IMG/VR virus record: IMGVR_UViG_3300023236_000004
DNA length: 64,000 nt
DNA from: an uncultured virus (IMG/VR IMGVR_UViG_3300023236_000004)
Taxonomy: Duplodnaviria; Heunggongvirae; Uroviricota; Caudoviricetes
Reading direction: 5' to 3' (one strand)
Part shown: positions 19,903 to 30,400 of the stretch, piece after piece
Layout of the letters: each line of letters starts with the position of its first letter
How positions within the stretch are numbered: position 1 is the first letter of the stretch
Translations under genes and position numbers: made by a program
Notes under the pieces: model-generated
What the model was told of the DNA's origin: nothing
What the model saw: only the letters and a program-made list of their open reading frames with translations
Database searches by the model: none

Positions 19903-20610
19903 TTAACCTAATGCTATTGCATACTCAATTGCTGTTGCTTCAGTAAGACCACCACCACTTGCGGTAGCAAAACTTAGTGTACCACTGCCGTTTGTAGTCA
20001 ACACTTGATCGGCAGTACCGTCACTTGTAGGGAAAGTGTACGCACTGTTGATTGTAATACTGCCAGCGTGTAAACCTACTTGTGATACGGTCAAGTCACC
20101 TGTGCTTGCACCTGTTGCTGTGGTGGTACCTAGTACAAAAACATCTGCGCTTTCGTCCCATATGATCGCGGCATTGTCGCCTGTGCTACCACGCTCAAAT
20201 ATAAATCCTAAATCGTTCGCATTACTACCGGCACCACTGTTTAATTCTATTAAACTATCTGATATGGTACTGTTTGTTGTGTTTATTGTTGTGGTGAGTC
20301 CACTTACTGTTAAGTTACCTGTAACTACTGCATTGTTGGCATTTAGTGTGCCCACCGTTATTGGTGCGTAGCTTGTTGGTACTAGGTTGGCATCTCCCGC
20401 ACCGCCTGAGTTAGTGAATGCTGTATAGAACGAGTTGTCTGTTTCGCTCCAGTATACAGCGACGTTTGAAACCAAACCGTTTGCTCTGTTGAAAACAAAT
20501 CCAACATCACTGTCGTTGGATGTTGACCCTTGATGCAGGACCAACAGTGGGTCATTAAACACTGTGCTGTCTGAGTTTAAGAATGATAATGGCGGTCTAG
20601 TTAATGGCAT
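19903..20610 (-). CDS. Tail-fibre-related structural protein
   Basis: Repeated D.L..L...D.G..F.R....A..W.E units, plus FPTSDGTADQVLTTNGSGTLSF. Confidence 0.75.
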   Translation of the reverse strand: MPLTRPPLSFLNSDSTVFNDPLLVLHQGSTSNDSDVGFVFNRANGLVSNVAVYWSETDNSFYTAFTNSGGAGDANLVPTSYAPITVGTLNANNAVVTGNLTVSGLTTTINTTNSTISDSLIELNSGAGSNANDLGFIFERGSTGDNAAIIWDESADVFVLGTTTATGASTGDLTVSQVGLHAGSITINSAYTFPTSDGTADQVLTTNGSGTLSFATASGGGLTEATAIEYAIALG

Positions 20611-20647
20611 AATATAAGTCTATAAAAATATGTGTATATATTTATTC

Positions 20648-20680
20648 AAAAATAAAGGGACACCTAAATGTCCCTTTATT
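20648..20680 (-). terminator. Rho-independent terminator after the long fibre gene
   Basis: AATAAAGGGACA/TGTCCCTTTATT inverted repeat ending in a T-run. Confidence 0.7.
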
Positions 20681-20702
20681 GTGTTGCTTAAGATATTGCA
20701 GG

Positions 20703-23700
20703 TTATACTTTACCTACAACTACCTCAATGGTTGCTTTTACACCATCTTCTAGTGTTTCTAGTGCTTTACCAATCACAGTACCTGTTGCTGGGTTGGCGT
20801 GTGCTTTCGCATAACCAAATCCTGCTGATACCATCATGTCACCTTTGACTACTGGACCAATTGCTAAACATGGAACACGGCCCATAAGTGCCAGTGCTAC
20901 AACATTAGAACCTGTTAGTCCACCATTCATCAAGTGAGCTGGGTTGGTTGAAACAATACCTGCTACACGTCTTGAATCTTCTGTAGCAGTTGTTACTTCT
21001 TGTGCTCCACCAAACTCAAGTACTGTGGCTGCTGAATAGTTAGCATCTGCTTGATAGTTCTCAGCCAAGTCAGCGTAAAGTGATTCAGTAGCAGTACCAA
21101 CAAAGTAAGTTGCTGTAACATTACCACTAAAGTTTCCGTGTACTGCTTGTACTGTTCCTGTTGCGTTAAGACTTGCAACACGAACATTACCAGCTGAGCT
21201 GTAAATTACAGCCTTACTGTTAACCACTGTATCAGCAACTGAAGTATCAACTAAGTTTAGTTCAGCGGCTGTTGAACTAACAGCAGTACCGTTGATTAAC
21301 AATGATGAAACATCGGTTGCTTTGTTAAGCACCCACTTGTCGCCTGAGTTGGCGTAAGTAATTGTAGCACTTGCGCCATCGACTGTAATACCAGCACCGT
21401 CTGCAGTTGCGGCATCTGCGGCACCTGAAGCAAGAACAATGTTTTTATCATCAACTGTTAACGTTGTTGAATTGATTGTTGTTGTAGTACCGTTAACAGT
21501 GAAGTCACCGCTAACAATCAAGTTGTCGTCAACTGTAACTGTTCCGCCTGCTGAATCAATTGTTAATCCACCGCTTGTTGTATCAATCTCGTTCGCACCT
21601 GTAACACCAACTTGGATGTTTTGTGCTGTGAGTTGACCAGTTACATCACCAGTTACAGCACCAGTTACAGCACCAGCAAATGCGGCTGATGTTACTGTAC
21701 CTGTGCTTGGATTGTAATGTACACCGGTGTCATAGTTGACTGCTGTTAATGCACCACTAGTAGCTGAAGCAAAATACAAGTTAAAGTTTGTATTTGTTGC
21801 TTCGTCTTGAGCAATAGTAGCACCAGCGGCTGCCCAACTTAGTGTGCCTGAGGCATCACTAACAAGAGCGTAACCGCTTACACTTGCATCTTCTGCTGGC
21901 AGTGTCCAAGTAATGTTTGAACCCACTGTGGCTGGAGCTTGGAATGCAACAAAGTTACTGCTGTCTGCATCATTAAAGCGTAAATCACCTTGGTTACCTG
22001 TTACGAGATCAGTTACATATAATGTACCAAGCCTGTTGCTTGAGCTACCAATGTTTTGGGTAGAATTGGCTGCCGGTACTAAGTGTCCATCTGTGTCAAT
22101 TGTCCAACGTAGTGTTGCGGCACCTGCTCCTGCGTAGATCTTAGCACCATTGTCTGCGGCTTCAAACTGTACATAACCATTTGGTGACTCTAGTGCAGCC
22201 ACTGTTGAAGTTGTAATAATTCTACGTACTTCAATCTTGTCGCCTGTTGCTGGAGCCTCAGTAAATGTTAGTGTAGTTCCGCTAACACTGTATGCTGTGG
22301 TTGGAAGCTGTACAACACCGTTAATACTTGCAATTACGCCTGCTGTTGTAGCTGCCGCACCAAGTGTAAAGCCTGTTGTACTATCATCACCGTCAAATGT
22401 ATCACTAGCAAGTACAGTAAATTCACTACCTGCTGCGGTCCATTCACTGCCATTGTAAAACTCTAAATTAGCAATACTGGTGTTAAAACGTATCATACCA
22501 GCAGTGTTGGTACCACCAACACTGCCTGGACGTTGTGCTGTTGTACCACTTGGTATCAAGATACTGTCTGTGGTGTTGATTTGCAGTTTAGCACCAGTAA
22601 CCAAAGTACTTACTGAGGCACTATTACCAATCAACACCTGATCGTAACCACTTGCACTACGTGCCCAAAGCAATGATGTGTCATTTGCACCATAAACTTT
22701 AACATCGTAGTTAGCAGTTTGATCAGTATTGAGTAGCGCACCGCCACCAACATTGATGTTACCACCAATACCAGCACCACCAGTACCTGTAATTACCAAT
22801 GCACCTGTGATATCGCTTGTGCTTGCTGTACCTGATGTGCCAACAATGTTGCCTGCTAGTGTCGAAACACCACTTGCATCAAGTGAAGTAAATGCACCAG
22901 TACTAGCACTTGCGGCACCAATTGGTGTTCCGTCAACTGCACCACCGTTAATGTCAACGTTACCACTACTAAAGTTAGTAGCAACCAATGTTGTAACGTT
23001 ACCGTTGGTTGCGTTTACACCAGTTGATGTAGTATTTTGTGCATTAACTGTTGTGCCTGTTAGTGTTGTAATGTTGCCGCTGGTACTGTTTATTGTGGTA
23101 CTTGTTGTTGTCTGTCCGTGTATTGTAGGAGCAGTAAGTGTTGTAATATTACCAGTAGTAGCATTAACTGTAGTACTTGTTGTGGTTTGTGCATCAATGG
23201 TTGGTGATGTCAATGTTGTAATATTACCAGCTGTTGCATTAACTGTAGCACTATTGAGTATTGTTGCATCTACTTGTGCTACAGTTGAAGTACCTGAAGC
23301 ACTTAGTGTTGTAAATGCACCAGTACTAGCACTTGCGGCACCAATTGGTGTTCCGTCAACTGCACCACCACCAACATCAACATTACTTGAGCTAAAGTTT
23401 GTTGCAACCAGGGTTGTATTGATAACATCAGTTGCTGTTAGTGTAGTAATATTACCTGTTGTAGCGTTAACAGTTGTACTTGTTGTGGTTTGTGCATCAA
23501 TTGTTGGTGATGTCAACGTTGTAATATTACCAGCTGTTGCGTTAAGCGTAGTAGTTGTTGTGGTTTGTGCATCAATTGTTGGTGATGTCAACGTTGTAAT
23601 ATTACCAGCTGTGGTATTAAGTGAAGCACTGTTTAATACAGTAGCATCAACTTGAGCAACTGTTGATGTACCACTTGCACTTATTGTTGTAAATGCACCA

Positions 23701-25724
23701 GAGCCTTGTGACGAAACACCAATGTTAGTACCGTCAATTGTACCGCCATTAATATCAACGTTACCTGAGCTAAAGTTTGTTGCAACCAATGTGGTGTTAA
23801 TTACATTTGTGGATGTTAGTGTTGTAATGGAACCAGTTGTGGCTTTTACTAGTTTGTTAAAGTTCCAACTGTCATCTGCACTTGCGTATGTAATGGTTGC
23901 GGAGGCACCGTCAACTGTAATACCAGCACCGTTAGCGGATGCGGCATCTGCGGCACCGTCAGCAATAGTAATGTTCAAATCCTCAACATTAAGTGTTGCT
24001 GTGTTAATAGTTGTTGTATCACCTTCAACTGTCAAGTCACCAGTGATAATAACATCACCACCAACGTTTAAGTTTTCACCAATACCAACGCCGCCTGTAA
24101 CAACTACCGCACCAGAACTTGCATTGCCGCTGCCTTGTGAACTTGTAACAGTTGTATTACCACTTGCTGTTAATGTAGTAAATGCACCAGTACTAGCACT
24201 TGCGGCACCAATTGTGGCTCCGTCTATTGCTCCGCCATTAACATCAACATTACTTGAGCTAAAGTTTGTAGCAACCAATGTGGTGTTAATTACATTTGTT
24301 GCGGTTAGTGTGGTTACATTACCTGTCGTGGCATTGAGTGTGGTAGTTGTGGTTGTTTGTGCATCAATGGTTGGTGATGTGAGTGTAGTAATGTTACCAG
24401 CGGTAGCATTTAGTGTAGCACCGTTCAGTATGGTTGCGTCTACTTGCGCTACTGTTGAAGTACCCGAAGCACTTAGTGTTGTAATATTACCAGTTGTAGC
24501 ATTAAGTGTGGTAGTTGTGGTAGTTTGTGCATCAATTGTTGGTGATGTAAGTGTTGTGATGTTACCAGTTGTAGCGTTAAGTGTAGTACTTGTAGTAGTT
24601 TGTGCATCAATTGTTGGGCTAGTAAGCGTAGTGATGTTACCTGCTGTACTGTTTAATGCTGGAATAGTAGCAGTTGCGGCATTTAATGTTGTAACTAAGC
24701 CTGCGCTTATAACAACTTCACCAGTACCATTTGGTGTTAGTGTAATGTCACCATCAGTGTTAGTTGATGTGATTGCGTTTAAATTGATAGCAATATTGTC
24801 AACTGCTAAATCACCAGTAACATTCAACCCACCAGTAAGATTTAAATCTGTGCCATCAAACGTAAAGTTAGCATCATCTTCCAATGCACCACTTGTTCCA
24901 GCAATAACTACGCGGTTGTTTGTTAGATCACTTACAGTGGCACTGCCTGCTGTTAGTCCTGTTACATTACCAGTTGTAGCATTTATTGTTGTAGTTGTTG
25001 TAGCAATTGCACCAATTGTTGGTGCAGTAAGTGTTGTGATATTACCTGCTGTACTGTTTAGCGTGGTTGCATACCATGTAGCGGCGTTGCCTGTTGTTGC
25101 TGTAATTCCGTCGGCATCAATGGTTGTGAATATACCAGTAGTTGCACTAGTTGCACCAATTGTGGCTCCGTCTATTGCTCCGCCATTAACATCAACATTA
25201 CTTGAGCTAAAGTTTGTAGCAACTAATGTGGTAGTCAGTGAGTTGGTTACGTATTCAAGAGTTGTGTTAAGTTCAGCGGCCGTTACCTTACCAGTAACCT
25301 CTTGATATCCCACTTTAACATTGGCATACCCACTGTTGTTAATATTTGTAATACCTGAACCAGTGTCAGTTGTTGCTATTGCAACAAAAGCACCTTGTGC
25401 TTCGTCCCAGGCCCATGCTACGTTTACACTGCCCAATGCGGCAAGTGAAGCAAGGTTTCTGTTTACCAACAAGCCAATGCTGTAGTTTGATAAATCACCT
25501 GTGTAGCCGTTGTTATAAACAACCAACGGATCGTTAATAAATGTGTTTGTACTGCTTACTGTTGAAGTAGTTCCTGTAACCGATAAGTTACCTACGATGC
25601 TGACTTCAGAGTTAAGAGTTAATGAGGTAGCAAATAGGCCACCTGTGAGTGTAGTGTTTGCAATTTTGGCACCTGTAATGGTGCTATCAGTTATCTGATT
25701 ATTTTTTATTCTGGTGACGGCCAT
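20703..25724 (-). CDS. Long tail fibre, 1673 aa, with Thr-rich repeats and C-terminal chaperone-type domain
   Basis: Many TTLNAT(A/T)GNITTLTSPTIDAQTTT and TLVATNFSS.NVD..GG repeats. C-terminal YADLAENY...GRVPC...GKAL domain. Confidence 0.85.
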   Translation of the reverse strand: MAVTRIKNNQITDSTITGAKIANTTLTGGLFATSLTLNSEVSIVGNLSVTGTTSTVSSTNTFINDPLVVYNNGYTGDLSNYSIGLLVNRNLASLAALGSVNVAWAWDEAQGAFVAIATTDTGSGITNINNSGYANVKVGYQEVTGKVTAAELNTTLEYVTNSLTTTLVATNFSSSNVDVNGGAIDGATIGATSATTGIFTTIDADGITATTGNAATWYATTLNSTAGNITTLTAPTIGAIATTTTTINATTGNVTGLTAGSATVSDLTNNRVVIAGTSGALEDDANFTFDGTDLNLTGGLNVTGDLAVDNIAINLNAITSTNTDGDITLTPNGTGEVVISAGLVTTLNAATATIPALNSTAGNITTLTSPTIDAQTTTSTTLNATTGNITTLTSPTIDAQTTTTTTLNATTGNITTLSASGTSTVAQVDATILNGATLNATAGNITTLTSPTIDAQTTTTTTLNATTGNVTTLTATNVINTTLVATNFSSSNVDVNGGAIDGATIGAASASTGAFTTLTASGNTTVTSSQGSGNASSGAVVVTGGVGIGENLNVGGDVIITGDLTVEGDTTTINTATLNVEDLNITIADGAADAASANGAGITVDGASATITYASADDSWNFNKLVKATTGSITTLTSTNVINTTLVATNFSSGNVDINGGTIDGTNIGVSSQGSGAFTTISASGTSTVAQVDATVLNSASLNTTAGNITTLTSPTIDAQTTTTTTLNATAGNITTLTSPTIDAQTTTSTTVNATTGNITTLTATDVINTTLVATNFSSSNVDVGGGAVDGTPIGAASASTGAFTTLSASGTSTVAQVDATILNSATVNATAGNITTLTSPTIDAQTTTSTTVNATTGNITTLTAPTIHGQTTTSTTINSTSGNITTLTGTTVNAQNTTSTGVNATNGNVTTLVATNFSSGNVDINGGAVDGTPIGAASASTGAFTSLDASGVSTLAGNIVGTSGTASTSDITGALVITGTGGAGIGGNINVGGGALLNTDQTANYDVKVYGANDTSLLWARSASGYDQVLIGNSASVSTLVTGAKLQINTTDSILIPSGTTAQRPGSVGGTNTAGMIRFNTSIANLEFYNGSEWTAAGSEFTVLASDTFDGDDSTTGFTLGAAATTAGVIASINGVVQLPTTAYSVSGTTLTFTEAPATGDKIEVRRIITTSTVAALESPNGYVQFEAADNGAKIYAGAGAATLRWTIDTDGHLVPAANSTQNIGSSSNRLGTLYVTDLVTGNQGDLRFNDADSSNFVAFQAPATVGSNITWTLPAEDASVSGYALVSDASGTLSWAAAGATIAQDEATNTNFNLYFASATSGALTAVNYDTGVHYNPSTGTVTSAAFAGAVTGAVTGDVTGQLTAQNIQVGVTGANEIDTTSGGLTIDSAGGTVTVDDNLIVSGDFTVNGTTTTINSTTLTVDDKNIVLASGAADAATADGAGITVDGASATITYANSGDKWVLNKATDVSSLLINGTAVSSTAAELNLVDTSVADTVVNSKAVIYSSAGNVRVASLNATGTVQAVHGNFSGNVTATYFVGTATESLYADLAENYQADANYSAATVLEFGGAQEVTTATEDSRRVAGIVSTNPAHLMNGGLTGSNVVALALMGRVPCLAIGPVVKGDMMVSAGFGYAKAHANPATGTVIGKALETLEDGVKATIEVVVGKV
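21109..21169. repeat. 61-bp exact direct repeat, copy 2
   Basis: Identical to 19276..19336. Confidence 0.9.
24205..25223. repeat. Internal coding repeats of the long fibre, e.g. a 71-bp exact repeat at 24205..24275 and 25153..25223
   Basis: gcaccaattgtggctccgtctattgctccgccattaacatcaacattacttgagctaaagtttgtagcaac is duplicated. Further degenerate copies lie in about 22880..24640. Confidence 0.85.
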
Positions 25725-25946
25725 TCTAGCTTCCTTTTTTATGTTATACTAGCAGTTAACGAGACAGATAGGCCTTACCACAAAGTAACACCATCAGGTT
25801 TTTAACTAAATGTATTTATTGCAATCGCAAGGAAACACCTTTGTCCGTTTTAATTTTGAATCAGTTTGGGAAAAGGAAGGAAGGGGTGTTATGAAGAAGT
25901 GTTGTTGTGTTTATTTAGCTTATTTTATAAAATTATTCTGCTTGTT

Positions 25947-27419
25947 TTACTGGTGTAAAGGAAGGAAATACTCTGTTCCGCCGACGTAAACTTTGAGCCA
26001 GGCTGCTGGGTCTGTGGTATCGCTAGGTGTGCCAGATGTGGCACTGACTTCTAAGTTTCCTGTTAGGCTAATCACGTTACCTTGTAGCGTAACCTCGCCT
26101 GTTCCGTCTGCTTTGATTGGTATATTGCCATTACTTGCACTGGTAATAAACTTGCTGTTGACTTCTAAGTTGCCGCCCAACTGTGGACTGGTATCTTGAA
26201 TTAAACTGTTGAGACCTGAGCTTGCAACTGCTACAGCTAGGAAACGTACATCAATAATGTCAGATGACAGCGGAACTTCTGTAAATGTTATGTCTGTACC
26301 GCTGACGCTATACGCTGTATCTGGGTTTTGGCTAGTACCGTTGATGCTAACCAAAACACCATCTGCTGTAGACTCTTGGTCTAATGTAAATGTACTTGCG
26401 CTACCATCTGGATTAATTGTCTGTTGTGTAATTCCGCTAGAACCTGACGCCCATGTGGATCCTGTATACCATTCTAACGTTGAGGTAGATGTGTTAAATC
26501 TAATATAACCTGCATCTGCTATTGCTGGTCGCTGTGCTGTGTTTCCTGTTGGTACATCCAGTGCAGTTACTCCGCCAATTTTTACTACATTGTTGGCGCC
26601 GGATATATTTGGACTTATAACCACATGCTCGTTTGTACTGGTAATTGTTTCACCGTTAATAGTTAAGTACTGTATAGTAGCACTACTATCATTAAATGAA
26701 CTATTACTGCTTACTGTGAGCTGTTCGGCGTACAAACTGGTATCAAACGTACCAATATCTGAATCAATGTTTCCAACAAACCAAGGAGCGGTAACATTGC
26801 TAGTAAAACGACCAAACGTTCCTAAAATGTTACCACTGATATTTGCTGTAACATTGCCGCCAGTGATGGTTGCTTCTGCGATTGTCCCTGTACCAAACGT
26901 GCCTGTGTATCGGCCGCCGCTGATATAAACACTCTTGCCTGTAAAACTTATTCCATTAGGTAAGTTGTCACCAATAAAGTGCAATACACCAGACTGGTAA
27001 TCAAAGAACCATTCGTCGTTGTTTCCGGAACCAGTTGCGAATACTTGATCGCCGCCGCTTGCTCCTGCGGCATCACTTGACGTATGAATATAAACTTTTA
27101 CTTGGTAAGTTGAGCCAAACTCAGGACTGATCCAGTCTGTTGTTCCTGTTTTCCATGTTCTGTTTGCTGTAGAAGTTCCGTCTAGTGTAGTTTCAATTGG
27201 ATTGCTAGTTGGGTAAACTGTTACAGGTGATGCACTGCTACCTGGAAGTGTTGCTGGTATAGTCGAACTCTGTGACCATATTGTATCGGCACGCATCAAT
27301 AGCGGACTTGCTATTGCTTCGTTTGGTGCTTTTTTGTTAGCGTTGGTGTCTGTTTTAGTTGCTGAGTAACCTAGTTTCTTCCACAAGTAGTCAACTTTTT
27401 GTGTATCTGATATAGCCAT
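25947..27419 (-). CDS. Virion structural/fibre-associated protein
   Basis: 490 aa. WFFDYQSGVLHF; VPTGNTAQRP...IRFNTS...LEWY module shared with the long fibre; DTSPQLGGNL. Confidence 0.75.
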   Translation of the reverse strand: MAISDTQKVDYLWKKLGYSATKTDTNANKKAPNEAIASPLLMRADTIWSQSSTIPATLPGSSASPVTVYPTSNPIETTLDGTSTANRTWKTGTTDWISPEFGSTYQVKVYIHTSSDAAGASGGDQVFATGSGNNDEWFFDYQSGVLHFIGDNLPNGISFTGKSVYISGGRYTGTFGTGTIAEATITGGNVTANISGNILGTFGRFTSNVTAPWFVGNIDSDIGTFDTSLYAEQLTVSSNSSFNDSSATIQYLTINGETITSTNEHVVISPNISGANNVVKIGGVTALDVPTGNTAQRPAIADAGYIRFNTSTSTLEWYTGSTWASGSSGITQQTINPDGSASTFTLDQESTADGVLVSINGTSQNPDTAYSVSGTDITFTEVPLSSDIIDVRFLAVAVASSGLNSLIQDTSPQLGGNLEVNSKFITSASNGNIPIKADGTGEVTLQGNVISLTGNLEVSATSGTPSDTTDPAAWLKVYVGGTEYFLPLHQ

Positions 27420-30400
27420 TAGCTTGCCACTCCTACGCTAAGTGCTGATACACTCTGTCCACTTGTTAATGCTATTCTTACCAACACAACATTGCCTGTT
27501 GCATTTGTTCCGTTTTCACTTCCCAGTGTCATTGTGTAACCACCACTAAGTGATGTACTACTGGCAATCCTATCACCTGAAGTAAATGCACATCCGTTAC
27601 TACCGTTACCACCGTTGCCAGTGTCCGATCCAGGAACGCCTGAACCACCATATGTTATACTAGCATCAACCCAACCGTTCAATCCTGAAGCGTCATCGAT
27701 ACCAGTACCTGGTGCCGCTATCCATAACCCTGCAATGCTTGCACTTGTTATGTTAATGTCAAAGTTTGCCATTGTGGTACGTCTAAATGCAAATGTAAAG
27801 TATTGTGTGCCTGTGTCACTGCTTCTGTCTGGGCCTACTGGAAGATATCCTGAACTATAATCTGTAACATCATACTTCAAAACACCCAATCTAATAGTTG
27901 CTTCTTTTGTGCCTTCAACACCCGGGTCACTTGCTTCTGTGTAAAGACTATTTGTGTAAAAGTTTGTTGACCCTGTATAACTTGGATTGTCTGTTGTAGC
28001 GGCACTAAAATCGAATATACGCACACCATCATCGTCAAATCCTGCTCCCAGACTATCCGATACTGCAATAGCAATTTCACTGATACCACTTTGTGCTGAC
28101 TTGTGTACTTGTACGTTGGTTGTGTTCTCACTGTAACTACCTACACCATTACAGTTTCTAGCACGTACTTGGACTCTGTCTATTGTTCTTACTGAACTGG
28201 CTGTAACTGGAACAGTAAGTGCTCCAATGGTGTATGCACTGCTAACACCTATATCTATTTTAGGTATGCCACCTGACAACATGGTTACTGATCCATCAAT
28301 GTTGCTGTAAGTGTAATCTGTATTTGTTGTACCTGCAGAACTTGTGCCTTCTTGATTGGTAGCATTATCTATTTCAACAATGTTTGATTGATCTGTATAT
28401 GCTTGACCTGTTAAGTTGCTGATTTGCACTCCACTCAGCGAAACTGTTGGTGATCCTGAATTGTAATAAGGAATACCAGATATATAGCGTTTAGTGCCGC
28501 CAGTGCCTTCAGCTAGTGCACCGCTTGAAATAATGCTTGGTACACTTGTAACATCATCGTATACAACACTAACATAGTTTGTATTGCCAGTAGAGCTGTG
28601 TTCTAATCTTTCATCATTAACACCTACACTATAACTTGAAAGTGCCTGTGTAATTTTAGCGTCAAATGTTTGGTAGAATCCTGTTGGGTACGTGCTTGCG
28701 CTAATGCTATCGTGTGCATCAAGTTGTCCGCTAACAACAAGGCTTGTGAACGTTCCGTTCTCCCCTGTTGTAGTACTGAATACTTTATTGCCTTTGCTTA
28801 TGCCATTTACTACAGCAACCAAGTTGCCACTAACACCGTTATATGCGTTATCTACTGTGCTGGTGTCAATTGTACCGCTGGTATATCGTCTTGCTGTGGT
28901 GGTGTTTAGGCTTGCACCTGCGCTCAGAGGGTTTGTTGCACTGTTGTCAGTAAAACCGTGTGCTAACTTTGGACTTGTTCCTTGCGCACTATCGCTAAGT
29001 GTTATGCTTTTAGCACTCAAACTAGCTGGTGCTGACGGTACGGCATTTAGTGAAAGCGTAATGCCTGTGTCTGTATCTGTTTGTGCAGTAATATCAGGTG
29101 TGCCGTTTGCTGTAAATGATAAATTATAGTTTCCTGTGCTTGCACTTATATAACTATGGTCAATCGTTGCGGCTATACTACCAGCCGAAGAGCCGTCTTC
29201 AGTCACAGAGTCATCTACAGAATCTCCCCAGTCGTACAAATAATTATCAGCATTTTGTGATGTATTAGTTACCCTAACTAACGCACGATTGTTTCCGTTA
29301 TAATCAGTAAAGGCATACAAATCGTATTGATTATCGCCTGATCTATCACTTGTTGTTACTGCTGTGCCACTTACAGTAGCACGTACATCTGGTTCAACGT
29401 GTACAGTAAAGGCACTGCTGATAAACGGTGAATTACTGTGGGCACTGAGTACTCTCAAGTTTCCAGTAAAGTCTCTTGCTGTACCATTTGCTTGTTCGCT
29501 ACCGGACAGCACATAAGTGTGTGCAATGGTTGTACCTGTGTCACCTGCGTTGGTTGTGCCTGTGTTGACTACATGTGTATTACCGTCACCAAACTGGTAT
29601 TGATATTGTATACCGTAAGTTGCATAATTACCAATTGTGATTTCTGTTGCATTAGTGAATGTAACAGGCAATCCAGTTGTAGCTTCTTGATTAATACCAG
29701 TTATGGTACTCAGTGTAACTGATGGTGTATGATCGTCATAAATTTTAAACGCACTAGAATCATTGGTTGGTATCACTGCTGGGGTTGCTGTTGTATGACT
29801 ATCCAGTGTAAGAGATACTGTTCTTGTTTGTTCTTGCTCTGTACTTGCACTAAATGTATGTGCTAGTCTGCTGCCGCCTACCCCGCCTGCAGATGCGTCG
29901 CTGGATATTACATTATTACTGCTTCCATCACCCCAAGTCCAAGTATACTGGACTGTAGCACCACTTGTATTGGTTGTGGTATTTTCAAAGTAAACTGTGT
30001 CGCCATCGTCCCACTGCGTAATTGGACTCCCGCCTGAACTTGCTGTGTAAGCCGCAAAAGTTACAACAGGATCAGCTGTGTAAATTATGATATAATCATC
30101 ACGTTCGTAATACATTTCACTACACGTACCAATACCACCATTATTGTATGCTCTTACATTCACAGTAAATGGTGATCCACTGTTTGTGCTGTATGTGTGT
30201 GTCGGGGTTGAATCTGTTTGATTACTATCAGTTGTGCCGTCGCCCCAATTAATGTCGTACCTATTAGGATTACCTAGTGAGGCAATGGTTAATGTAACTG
30301 CTGTACCAGCACCACCTGATGTTGTATCAGCAGTAAATGCTACATTAGCAACTGCTGTTGAATTCATTATGTTGAACATGCACTCGTTTACATCGTCAAC

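Noticed and set aside
19276..21169. Diversity-generating retroelement TR/VR pair
   Set aside because: The copies are identical, with no adenine-specific mismatches; both lie inside genes; no reverse transcriptase is in the window.
22729..25305. Long plus-strand ORFs (308 and 527 aa) and many similar antisense ORFs across the window
   Set aside because: Shadow frames of Thr/Ala/Gly-rich minus-strand genes: Val-rich, no SD or promoter, no recognisable motifs.
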